This document shows positions 38,105 to 46,538 of a stretch of 64,000 nucleotides of DNA, piece by piece. Origin of the DNA: an uncultured Actinomycetota bacterium (GTDB taxonomy: Bacteria > Actinomycetota > Actinomycetes > JAFAQI01); assembly GCA_963770565.1 (NCBI GenBank), contig CAVYQE010000002.1:800001-864000 (forward strand), written 5' to 3'. A program made the translations under genes and the position numbers. Under the pieces are notes generated by a model. It was given only the letters and a program-made list of their open reading frames with translations, was not told where the DNA came from and ran no database searches. Positions within the stretch are counted from its first letter, which is position 1. Each line of letters begins with the position of its first letter.

Positions 38105-38809
38105 TCAGCCTTCGCCCTGCAGCGCGTTGCTCGTGACGTGCACGCCTTCGGCGAACGCGACGATCTGGTCCGCGGACCAGTGCAACGCGAGCGGCGCCTG
38201 GATGACCACGCCGAATCCGGACGGGTCGTTGTAGGTCAAGTTCTCGCCGTACTTGCCTTGGTCGCTCACTACGCCCGGCTGTCCGTCGACCGTCACCGGA
38301 GTGCCAGGGGGCAGGTGGTGGACGTCCTTCGACTGGGTGAGCACCGCGAGCTTGCCCTCGAAGGCATCCGGGTCGTTGTCGGTGCTGCCGTCGGGGTCTA
38401 TCAGCAACGCGTACTGCGTCGACGTCGAGAGGAACCAGCCGGCCGGGACCTTGTCGACGGTGAAGCCGTTGAGCTGCTTCCCGTCGTAGGAGACCAGCTT
38501 CACCGCGGCCTTACGGGTGTGCACCTGCGGCTTGGTCTTGTGGTGCGGGCTCGGGGCGACCGCTCCCGGCTGCTTCTGGGTCTGCCGCTTCGGTGCCGAC
38601 CCGTTGCCGGCCTGTGTCGCGACGACCGCGATGACGGCCGCGGCGGCGATTGTCGCCGTGGTTGCCATCGACCGGCGGATCGTCCGCCGGCGGTGGTCGC
38701 GGGCAAGAGCCCGGTGGCCGCGAACGAGATCGGCCTCGATGGTCCCGGCCGCGGCCTCGTCGTCGATGTGGGGCGCGACGCGCTTGAACAGTTCGGTGAT
38801 GTCACTCAT
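38105..38809 (-). CDS. Putative single-pass membrane anti-sigma factor
   Basis: Short cytoplasmic N-terminus, RRR + TM helix, extracellular domain; ATGA-coupled to the upstream ECF sigma. Confidence 0.7.
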   Translation of the reverse strand: MSDITELFKRVAPHIDDEAAAGTIEADLVRGHRALARDHRRRTIRRSMATTATIAAAAVIAVVATQAGNGSAPKRQTQKQPGAVAPSPHHKTKPQVHTRKAAVKLVSYDGKQLNGFTVDKVPAGWFLSTSTQYALLIDPDGSTDNDPDAFEGKLAVLTQSKDVHHLPPGTPVTVDGQPGVVSDQGKYGENLTYNDPSGFGVVIQAPLALHWSADQIVAFAEGVHVTSNALQGEG

Positions 38810-39393
38810 GTCGATCCTCGATAGGTAGTGCGGACGGTGTCGTCGACGTGCCGGGGATCAACCGAGAGATCGAGCTCGGTAGGCAGGTCGGAGGGTGCAA
38901 GCAGATCGGGGCTGAGGGCGACGCGCAGCTGGGCGAGGCCGCGCGCGGTCTGGCTCTTGACCGTGCCTTCGCTGCAGTTCAGCGCGTCGGCGGTCTCGGC
39001 GACGCTGAGCTCGGACAGATGGCGAAGGACTACCGCCGCCCGCATTCTCGGCGGCAGCTCGGCGAGCGCGGCGAAGACCGCCGTCTCGGCCGGGTCCGTG
39101 GCCGGCGCCTCGGTCGCGACCACTTCGGGCAGCTCGGCATGGGCGCGTTCATGCCGGGCGAACGCCCGCCGCCGGGAGTCGATCAGCGCGTTGAGCAGCG
39201 CCTTGCGGGTATACGCATCGATCGTCTCCGGCCGCACCCGCGGCCAGGCGACGTACAAGCGCATCAGGGCGGTCTGGACCAGGTCCTCGGCCGCGAACCG
39301 GTCGCCGGAGGCGAGGAAGGTCGCGATCCGGACCAGCTGGCCGCGGCTGGACGCGACGTACGCGCGGAACTGCTCGTCGCGGCTGCTGGTCAC
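38806..39393 (-). CDS. SigE-family ECF sigma factor
   Basis: FRAYV...L.RIA.FL..GD...AEDLVQTAL.RLYVAW...LPPRMRAAVVLR...SVAETA..L.CSEGTVKSQTARGL. True start is GTG 39393; the ORF-track extension runs through a repeat. Confidence 0.9.
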   Translation of the reverse strand: MTSSRDEQFRAYVASSRGQLVRIATFLASGDRFAAEDLVQTALMRLYVAWPRVRPETIDAYTRKALLNALIDSRRRAFARHERAHAELPEVVATEAPATDPAETAVFAALAELPPRMRAAVVLRHLSELSVAETADALNCSEGTVKSQTARGLAQLRVALSPDLLAPSDLPTELDLSVDPRHVDDTVRTTYRGST

Positions 39394-39413
39394 CTCGGCC
39401 CTTCCCGGTGGGC

Positions 39414-39500
39414 CCAAAGCAATGTCACATTGCCCCGCACTTCGTGGGGGCACTGTGACATCACCCCGCATTGTGCCGGGGCAATGTGACATTGCTTTGG
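39414..39500. repeat. Triple-palindrome 31-bp-period mini-array, copy 3
   Basis: Cores at 39419, 39450 and 39481; perfect 23-bp terminal IR ccaaagcaatgtcacattgcccc / ggggcaatgtgacattgctttgg. Confidence 0.92.
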
Positions 39501-39529
39501 CGGTTCGTGGTCGGCCCACACGTCGGATA

Positions 39530-39555
39530 TACGGCGTACGGCGCTCAAGGGTTGC
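39530..39555 (-). promoter_or_regulatory. ECF-type (probably autoregulatory) promoter of the SigE-family gene
   Basis: GCAAC-N17-CGTA on the minus strand. Confidence 0.6.
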
Positions 39556-39588
39556 ATCGCCGGCACAGCGGCCGGAACGGCCGCTCGG

Positions 39589-40374
39589 TCAGGACTCGGC
39601 GGTCAGCGCGAGCTGCCGCGCCTGGGCGACCAGCCGCCCGGTCGAGTCCCAGACCGCGGCCTCCTCGTCGAACCACCCGCCGGCCAGCTGATGCGCGCGG
39701 CTCTCGACCAGCAGCCAGCCGGGCGCTGGCAGGCCGCGGACGAGGGTGGTCAGCTCGACGGTCGGCGCCCAGCCGATCCGGTCCAGGTTGAACACCGTCG
39801 GCGGCCCGCTGTCGGCCGCGAGCAGCACGGTGCGCACGTCCGGGTCTGAGCCGTCGCGCAGCCGGAACCAGAACCGGATCACCGGCTCACCGGTCGCGAC
39901 CGGGAACGGTGCGGTCGCCGGGTCTACCCGCAGCTCGATGTGCTCGAAGAGTTCGACGTCGAAGTGCGGGTTGTAGCTCGCCACGCAGTCCTCGGGCGTC
40001 GGCATCGTGGGTGCGGGCGCAGAGTTCCACTCGATGGGCGCGTCGTGGACCAGCGCGCCGCTGGTCACGAGTGCCTCGATGCACGGCTTGCCGCCCTGCC
40101 AGATCGACGCCCGCGAGGTGCTGACCCGGCGGCCGTGGCGCAGCGCTTCGGCCCGCACCTCGACCGGCCCGGCCGAGGGCGCGCGCAGGTAGTGGGCCGA
40201 GACCGCCAGCGGGTCAGGCGTGTCCACGACGTCGCAGGCGGCCCGGGCCAGGATCGCGAGCAGGTAACCGCCGTTGGGCTTGCCGACGATGGCCCAGCCG
40301 GGGTGCAGGTCGGCGTCGTAGCTGCCGGAGTCGCCGCGCCGACGGATCGCGGTGACGTCGTCGAAGTCGCTCAC
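39589..40374 (-). CDS. Acyl-CoA thioesterase family (double hotdog) protein
   Basis: W.I.GKPNGGYLLA, SAHYL, G+R+ST, WAPTVELT, G.FDEEA.VWDS.GRLVAQARQLA; GTGA-coupled to the LLM gene. Confidence 0.88.
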   Translation of the reverse strand: MSDFDDVTAIRRRGDSGSYDADLHPGWAIVGKPNGGYLLAILARAACDVVDTPDPLAVSAHYLRAPSAGPVEVRAEALRHGRRVSTSRASIWQGGKPCIEALVTSGALVHDAPIEWNSAPAPTMPTPEDCVASYNPHFDVELFEHIELRVDPATAPFPVATGEPVIRFWFRLRDGSDPDVRTVLLAADSGPPTVFNLDRIGWAPTVELTTLVRGLPAPGWLLVESRAHQLAGGWFDEEAAVWDSTGRLVAQARQLALTAES

Positions 40375-41294
40375 AGTGCGAGCAACCCGGGGGCCAGCTC
40401 CGCCCATTCCCGTCGCGGCAGCCCTCGCCGGTCGTCGACCAGGACCTGTACGGCGACCTGATCCGCCCCGGCGTCGAGATGCGCCTGGACCCGCGCGGCG
40501 ATCGCCTCGACCCCGCCCCAGGCGCAGATCGTGTCGACCAACCGGTCGTTGCCGCCGTCGCTGAAGTCGTCGCTGTCGAAGCCGAACCGCTGCAAGTTGG
40601 CGGTGTAGTTCGCCAGCCTGAGGTACGACGTGGTGTGCCGGCGGGCGATCTCGCGGGCCTCGGCCGGGTCGCTTGACAAGACGCACGCCTGCTCCGGCAC
40701 GAGCAGCTTGCCCGGGCCGAGAATCTCCCGGGCGCGCGCGGTGTGCTCCGGCGGGACGAAGTAGGTGTGCGCGCCGTCCGCGCGAGTGCCGGCGAGCTCG
40801 AGCATCTTCGGGCCGAGCGCGGCGAGCAGCCGCGGTGGCCGGTTCGCCGGCGCGACCGCGCGGTAGACGTCGTACCCCTTGTCCATGCCGTCGAGGTAGT
40901 CGCGCATGAACCCGAGTGGCTGGCGGTAGTCCTCACCTCTGACGTCGAGCAGGGGCTTGTGCGAGACGCCGATGCCGAGCACGAACCGGTCCGGGTAGGC
41001 CTCGCCAAGCGCGAGCTGGCCGGCCGCGGTGGCGAGCGCGTCGCGGGCCCAGATGTTGGCGATGCCGGTGCCGACGATCAGCGAGTCGGTGGCGGCGAGC
41101 AGCAGCTGCGCCGCCGACAGGACCTCGCGGCCGACCGCTTCGCCGGTCCAGAGCGCGCCGTATCCGAGCGTTTCGACCTCGCGCGCCGCCTCGCGCACCA
41201 CGTCGGCAGGGGAGAAGTCGAGCTGGCCGGTCCACACCCCGACCCGGCCGAGCCGGGCGGCCCACTCCGGCGCCACCCCCGCCTGGTTCGTCAC
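40371..41294 (-). CDS. F420-dependent LLM-class oxidoreductase (TIGR03620-like)
   Basis: E.LGYGALW, GTGIANIWAR, RFVLGIGVSH, LAALGPKML, GAHTYFVPPEHT, HLDAGADQV. Confidence 0.88.
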   Translation of the reverse strand: MTNQAGVAPEWAARLGRVGVWTGQLDFSPADVVREAAREVETLGYGALWTGEAVGREVLSAAQLLLAATDSLIVGTGIANIWARDALATAAGQLALGEAYPDRFVLGIGVSHKPLLDVRGEDYRQPLGFMRDYLDGMDKGYDVYRAVAPANRPPRLLAALGPKMLELAGTRADGAHTYFVPPEHTARAREILGPGKLLVPEQACVLSSDPAEAREIARRHTTSYLRLANYTANLQRFGFDSDDFSDGGNDRLVDTICAWGGVEAIAARVQAHLDAGADQVAVQVLVDDRRGLPRREWAELAPGLLAL

Positions 41295-41305
41295 GACGCC
41301 CGACG

Positions 41306-42187
41306 CTACCCGGCGTCCTCGCCCTTCTTGAACCCGGACGCGATTGACTGCATCGCGGCGGTCAGCTCGCTCGGGATGACCCAGACGGTGGCCGCGTTCG
41401 ACTCGGCGATCTTCGGAAGCGCTTGCAGGTAGGTGTAGGCGAGCAGCTCGGAGTCGGGCCGACCCTCGTGGATCGCGGCGAACACGGTCCCGATCGCCTT
41501 AGCCTGGCCTTCGGCGCGCAGGATCTCCGCCTCTCGCGCGCCTTGCGCGGTGAGGATGGCCGACTGCTTCTCGCCCTCGGCGGTGAGGATCGCCGACTGC
41601 TTCACACCTTCGGCGGTGAGGATCGCGGCGCGCTTGTTACGGTCCGCGCGCATCTGCTGCTCCATCGACTCCTTGATGCTGGCCGGCGGGTCGATGGCCT
41701 TGATCTCGACCCGGTTGACCCGCACCCCCCACTTGCCGGTCGCCTCGTCGAGCACGCCGCGGAGCTGGCCGTTGATCTGGTCGCGGCTGGTCAGCGTCGC
41801 CTCGAGGTCCATGCCGCCGACGACGTTTCGCAGCGTCGTGACGGTGAGCTGCTCGATCGCCTGGATGTAGTTCGCGATCTCATACGTCGCCGACCGTGGC
41901 TCGGTGACCTGGAAATAGATGACCGTGTCGATGCTGACGACCAGGTTGTCCTCGGTGATCACCGGCTGCGGCGGGAAGCTGACCACCTGCTCGCGCAGGT
42001 CGATCAACGGCCGCATCCGGTCGATGAACGGGGTCAGGATGTTGAGCCCGGCGCTGCACGTCCGCTGATATCGGCCGAGTCGCTCGATCACACCGGCGCG
42101 GGCCTGCGGCACGATCCGCACCGAACGCACGACGACGAGGATCACCAGGACGAGGACCACCAGTACGACGATCAGGACTGCACTCAC
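41306..42187 (-). CDS. SPFH/stomatin-like (band 7) membrane protein
   Basis: N-terminal TM, ERLGRY, DLREQV, VITEDN, TTLRNVVG, QMRADR.KRA.IL.AEG. Confidence 0.93.
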   Translation of the reverse strand: MSAVLIVVLVVLVLVILVVVRSVRIVPQARAGVIERLGRYQRTCSAGLNILTPFIDRMRPLIDLREQVVSFPPQPVITEDNLVVSIDTVIYFQVTEPRSATYEIANYIQAIEQLTVTTLRNVVGGMDLEATLTSRDQINGQLRGVLDEATGKWGVRVNRVEIKAIDPPASIKESMEQQMRADRNKRAAILTAEGVKQSAILTAEGEKQSAILTAQGAREAEILRAEGQAKAIGTVFAAIHEGRPDSELLAYTYLQALPKIAESNAATVWVIPSELTAAMQSIASGFKKGEDAG

Positions 42188-42283
42188 AACAGCGCTCCGT
42201 TCATTCGCCCAAGCCGGGCCGATCAGTCACGTGCCGGGTTGCGGCTGTCTTGATCACGCGCCGGGTCCCGGCTCTGTTCACCA

Positions 42284-42733
42284 TCAAGTGGTCCCGGGCA
42301 ACGTGGTCGGATGGACCACCGCGGTCGCCCCGTCGATCGCCAGCACATCCACCCACTCGCCGGCCCGGATCTGCAGCCCCTCGTCGTACGGGCGAGCGCT
42401 CCAGGTCTCGCCGCCGATCCGGACCCGTCCGCCGTCCGCGGTGTTGATGTCGGACAACGCCATCGCCCGGGAGCCGATCAGCCGCGCAGTCCCGGTCCGG
42501 ATCGAGGCCGGCATGTGCCGGTGGCGGCGGGCCGCCGGCAGGACGAGGCCGAGCAGGAAGACGTCGCCGACCGCGAACACCACCACCTGCGCGACGACCG
42601 GTGCGCCGAGCGCGGCGGCGATTGCGGCCGCCGCGGCGCCCCCGGCAACCATGCCGAGTACGAAGGTCAGCGTGAGCACCTCGGCGATGGCCAGCACGAC
42701 CGCCACCACGAGCCACACCAACCACGGGTCCAC
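42284..42733 (-). CDS. NfeD-family (short) SPFH partner
   Basis: WLVWLVVAVVLAIAEVLT...GRVRIGGETWSAR...V.AIDGATAVV; GTG 42733. Confidence 0.88.
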   Translation of the reverse strand: MDPWLVWLVVAVVLAIAEVLTLTFVLGMVAGGAAAAAIAAALGAPVVAQVVVFAVGDVFLLGLVLPAARRHRHMPASIRTGTARLIGSRAMALSDINTADGGRVRIGGETWSARPYDEGLQIRAGEWVDVLAIDGATAVVHPTTLPGTT

Positions 42734-42930
42734 GGGCCGAAGCGTAATCCCCGCTCGGCCATGGCCGCTCGGGCCCGATCGCGTGACCGCCGGCGGCGGT
42801 GTCTGCGACCATGGGATCGAGCGTCGTACGGCGCTTGCACGATCGGCCGGACACACCCTGTACGGTCGCGGGTCAACACCGGCACAACTGGCGATCCCAG
42901 TCGCACCGGTGAGATGACGAGGAGCGATCC

Positions 42931-44058
42931 ATGCCGCCTATGGCGCCGCCCGAAACGGCTACGGCACTGCCCCCGCCGCAGCCATCCGAAGGGCGGGACT
43001 TCGTTCAGCTGCTGACGCCCGAGGGCGAGCGGGTCACGCATTCGAAGTACTCCCTCGACATCACCGACGAGGAGATCCGCGACCTCTACCGCGATCTCGT
43101 GCTGGTCCGCCGGATCGACTCCGAGGCGACCGCGTTGCAGCGCCAGGGCGAGCTGGGCCTGTGGGCCAACCTGCTCGGGCAGGAGGCCGCCCAGGTCGGG
43201 GCCGGCCGGGCGCTCACCGACCGTGACTTCGCGTTCCCGACCTATCGCGAGCACGGGGTCGCCTACTGCAAGGGCGTCGACCCGGTCACCCTGATGGGGT
43301 TGTTCCGCGGCACCAGCCAGGGCGGCTGGGACCCGCAGACCAACGGGTTCGGCCTCTACACGATCGTGATCGGCTCGCAGACCCTGCACGCGACCGGGTA
43401 TGCGATGGGCATGCAGCGCGACGGCGGCGACGGTGCCGCGATGGCCTTCTTCGGCGACGGCGCGTCCAGCCAGGGCGATGTCAACGAGGCGTTCGTCTGG
43501 GCCAGCGTGTTCAACGCGCCGGTTGTCTTCTTCTGCCAGAACAACCAGTGGGCGATCTCCGAGCCGCTCGAGCGGCAGACCCGGATCCCGCTCTACCAGC
43601 GGGCGCAGGGCTTCGGCTTTCCCGGCGTACGGGTCGATGGCAACGACGTGCTCGCCGTGCTCGCGGTCGCGCGGGCCGCGCTCGCCCGGGCGCGCGAAGG
43701 CAGCGGACCGACCCTGGTCGAGGCCTACACCTATCGGATGGGCGCGCACACCACCTCCGACGACCCGACCCGCTACCGGGTGGCGGCCGATCTCGAGATC
43801 TGGAAGCTCAAGGACCCGATCGAGCGGGTCAAGGCATACCTGTCCCGCACCGGCGCGGGCGACGCGGCCTTCTTTGCCGGCGTCGAGACTGCGGCCGATG
43901 AGCTCGCCGCGCACCTGCGGGCCGGCACCCTCGCCCTCGCCGACCCGGATCCGATCTCGATCTTCGACCACGTGTACGCCGGCGGTTCGACGTTGCTCGA
44001 CGAGGAACGCGCGCAGATGTCGGACTACCTGGCGTCGTTCGCGGATGCGAGGCACTGA
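42931..44058 (+). CDS. pdhA: 2-oxoacid (pyruvate/branched-chain) dehydrogenase E1 alpha
   Basis: LQRQGEL, GQEAAQVG, TPP motif FFGDGASSQGD...QNNQWAIS, YRMGAHTTSDDP. Confidence 0.93.
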   Translation: MPPMAPPETATALPPPQPSEGRDFVQLLTPEGERVTHSKYSLDITDEEIRDLYRDLVLVRRIDSEATALQRQGELGLWANLLGQEAAQVGAGRALTDRDFAFPTYREHGVAYCKGVDPVTLMGLFRGTSQGGWDPQTNGFGLYTIVIGSQTLHATGYAMGMQRDGGDGAAMAFFGDGASSQGDVNEAFVWASVFNAPVVFFCQNNQWAISEPLERQTRIPLYQRAQGFGFPGVRVDGNDVLAVLAVARAALARAREGSGPTLVEAYTYRMGAHTTSDDPTRYRVAADLEIWKLKDPIERVKAYLSRTGAGDAAFFAGVETAADELAAHLRAGTLALADPDPISIFDHVYAGGSTLLDEERAQMSDYLASFADARH

Positions 44059-44059
44059 G

Positions 44060-45034
44060 ATGGCGACGATCACCCTCGGCAAGGCGATCAACGAAGGCCT
44101 GCGCAAGGCGATGGAGGACGACCCCAAGGTCGTCATCATGGGCGAGGACGTCGGCCGGCTCGGCGGCGTGTTCCGGGTCACCGACGCTCTGCAGAAGGAC
44201 TTCGGCGAGGACCGGGTGATCGACACGCCGCTCGCCGAGTCCGGGATCATCGGGACCGCGATCGGCCTGGCAATCCGGGGCTTCCGGCCGGTGTGCGAGA
44301 TCCAGTTCGACGGGTTCGTCTTCCCGGCGTTCGACCAGATCGTCAGCCAGGTCGCGCACATGCACTACCGGTCGGCCGGCAACGTCAAGGTCCCGATCAC
44401 GATCCGGATCCCGTACGGCGGCGGGATCGGCGCGGTCGAGCATCACAGCGAATCGCCGGAGAGCTACTTCACCCACACCCCCGGGCTGAAGGTGGTCACC
44501 TGCTCCAACCCGGCGGACGCCTACTCGATGATCCGGCAGTCGATCGCGTGCGACGACCCGGTGGTGTTCTTCGAGCCGAAGCGGCGCTACTGGGACAAGG
44601 CCGAGGTCGACCTGAGCGCCGAGCTCAGCCCGTTGTGGAAGGCCCGGGTGACCCGCGAGGGCAGCCTCGCGACCGTGATCACCTACGGCCCGAGCGTGCG
44701 GACCTGCCTGGAGGCAGCCGCGGCCGCGGAGACCGAGGGGCAGGACCTCGAAGTGATCGACCTGCGGGCGCTCTCCCCGATCGATTGGGACACGGTGTTC
44801 GCGTCGGTGCGCAAGACCCGGCACGTCGTGGTCGTCGCCGAAGCGCCGGTGTTCGGCTCGCTCGCGGCTGAGATCGCGGCCCGGATCAGCGAGCGCTGCT
44901 TCTACTCGCTCGAGGCTCCAGTGCTGCGGGTCGGCGGATACTCCACGCCGTACCCGACCTCACGGGTCGAGGAGGACTACCTTCCTGACCTCGACCGCAT
45001 CCTGGACGCGGTCGACCGATCGCTCGCTTTCTAG
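44060..45034 (+). CDS. pdhB: 2-oxoacid dehydrogenase E1 beta
   Basis: MGEDVG.LGGVFRVT, DTPLAESGI, EIQFDGF, EHHSES, FFEPKR. Confidence 0.94.
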   Translation: MATITLGKAINEGLRKAMEDDPKVVIMGEDVGRLGGVFRVTDALQKDFGEDRVIDTPLAESGIIGTAIGLAIRGFRPVCEIQFDGFVFPAFDQIVSQVAHMHYRSAGNVKVPITIRIPYGGGIGAVEHHSESPESYFTHTPGLKVVTCSNPADAYSMIRQSIACDDPVVFFEPKRRYWDKAEVDLSAELSPLWKARVTREGSLATVITYGPSVRTCLEAAAAAETEGQDLEVIDLRALSPIDWDTVFASVRKTRHVVVVAEAPVFGSLAAEIAARISERCFYSLEAPVLRVGGYSTPYPTSRVEEDYLPDLDRILDAVDRSLAF

Positions 45035-45093
45035 TGAGGAGAGGCGAAAGTATGTTCACCGTTCGGCAAACGACTTCCACCTCTCCTCACTAG
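45031..45093. repeat. Miniature inverted-repeat element bounded by CTAG between pdhB and pdhC
   Basis: ctagtgaggagaggcgaaagt / acttccacctctcctcactag: 14 bp perfect, 21 bp with two mismatches. Confidence 0.75.
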
Positions 45094-45106
45094 GAGGCTT
45101 CCCGAC

Positions 45107-46531
45107 ATGCCGAGCTTCCGCGACTTCGCGCTCCCCGACCTGGGCGAGGGGCTGACCGAGGGCGAGATCCTCGCCTGGTTCGTCAAGCCGGGCGACGAGG
45201 TGACGCTGAACCAGCCGATCGTCGAGGTGGAGACCGCGAAGGCGGCCGTGGAAATCCCGTCGCCGCATGCCGGTGTGGTCAGCGCGCTGCACTGTGCAGT
45301 CGGCGACACCGTCGATGTCGGTACGGCGATCATCACCTTCGACGTCGACCCGGGCGGCGCGGCCGCTCCCGAGGTCGACCTCACCGTCATCGAGGCGTCG
45401 ATCCAAGGCGGCGACATGGTGCCCTCGGAGCCCGGCATCGCCGGATCGCCGGCGCCGAAAGCCGGGAGCGAGGAGAAGATCCAGATCCTGGTCGGCAGCG
45501 GGGTGAAGGCGTCGAAGCTGACCCGCCGGGCACGGGTGCCGGCCGGCGCGGCGCCGCCGGCCGAGGCGAACGGCGAGCAGGAGCGCCAGCCAGCCCGGGT
45601 GTCGGCGGCCGCGGTCGGCGCGCGGGCCCAGCAGCTCGCCGACGTCCACGTGCTGGCCAAGCCTCCGGTGCGCAAGCTGGCCCGCGACCTCGGGGTCGAC
45701 CTGCGGGTGATCGGCGGCACCGGGCCCGACGGCACCGTGACCCGGTCCGACGTCGAGGCCGCAGCGGCCGGCGGCACGAGCGGGGTCCGCCGGGTCGCGC
45801 CGGCACCGGAGTTCGACCCCGCCACGCGAGAGCAGCGGATCCCGATCAAGGGGGTGCGCAAGCTCACCGCGGAGGCGATGGTGGCGAGTGCGTTCACCGC
45901 ACCGCACGTCACCGACTTCATCACCGTCGACGTCACGGCCTCGATGGACCTCGTTGCTCGGCTGCGCGAGCACCCGGACTTTGCCGGCGTCAAGGTCTCA
46001 CCGCTGCTGCTGGTCGCCCGCGCACTGATCCTCGCGGTCGAGCGCTACCCGATGGTCAACTCGGCGTGGGACGAGGACGCCCAGGAGATCGTCGTCAAGG
46101 AATACATCAACCTCGGCATCGCGGCCGCCACCCCGCGCGGCCTGATCGTGCCGAACATCAAGGACGCGGCCCGGCTCTCGCTCCCCGAGCTCGCCCATGA
46201 GTTGCAGGCGCTGACCGACGTTGCGCGCGAGGGTCGTACTTCGCCGGCCGACATGGCCCGCGGGACGATCACGATCACCAACGTGGGTGTGTTCGGTGTC
46301 GATTCCGGCACTCCGATCCTCAACCCCGGCGAGACCGCGATCCTGTGCCTCGGCGTCGTCCGCGACACCCCCTGGGTGCACGAGGGCGAGATCGCGATCC
46401 GCAAGGTCACCCAGCTCGCGTTGTCCTTCGACCACCGGATCGTCGACGGCCAGCTCGGCAGTGAGTTCCTGGCCGACGTCGCCGGGATCCTCGCCGACCC
46501 CTGGCGCCTGGTGAGCTGGCACACACCGTGA
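45107..46531 (+). CDS. pdhC: Dihydrolipoamide acyltransferase E2
   Basis: Lipoyl domain EVETAKA, E3-binding PPVRKLARDLGVDL..GTGP.G, catalytic DHRIVDG. Confidence 0.94.
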   Translation: MPSFRDFALPDLGEGLTEGEILAWFVKPGDEVTLNQPIVEVETAKAAVEIPSPHAGVVSALHCAVGDTVDVGTAIITFDVDPGGAAAPEVDLTVIEASIQGGDMVPSEPGIAGSPAPKAGSEEKIQILVGSGVKASKLTRRARVPAGAAPPAEANGEQERQPARVSAAAVGARAQQLADVHVLAKPPVRKLARDLGVDLRVIGGTGPDGTVTRSDVEAAAAGGTSGVRRVAPAPEFDPATREQRIPIKGVRKLTAEAMVASAFTAPHVTDFITVDVTASMDLVARLREHPDFAGVKVSPLLLVARALILAVERYPMVNSAWDEDAQEIVVKEYINLGIAAATPRGLIVPNIKDAARLSLPELAHELQALTDVAREGRTSPADMARGTITITNVGVFGVDSGTPILNPGETAILCLGVVRDTPWVHEGEIAIRKVTQLALSFDHRIVDGQLGSEFLADVAGILADPWRLVSWHTP

Positions 46532-46538
46532 CGCGCGG

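Noticed and set aside
22906-39500. 31-bp-period arrays as CRISPR or TIGR-type guide arrays
   Set aside because: Repeats (15 bp) and spacers (16 bp) are too short for CRISPR, there are only three repeats per locus, spacer ends are constrained (C and G runs), and no cas or Tas-like gene is in the window. Kept as an unexplained repeat family.
39394-39519. N-terminal extension of the ECF sigma ORF (SHCP/QCDI peptides), and similar small ORFs near 22734-23005 and 33951-34223
   Set aside because: These peptides are translations of the palindromic repeat cores, not conserved protein sequence.
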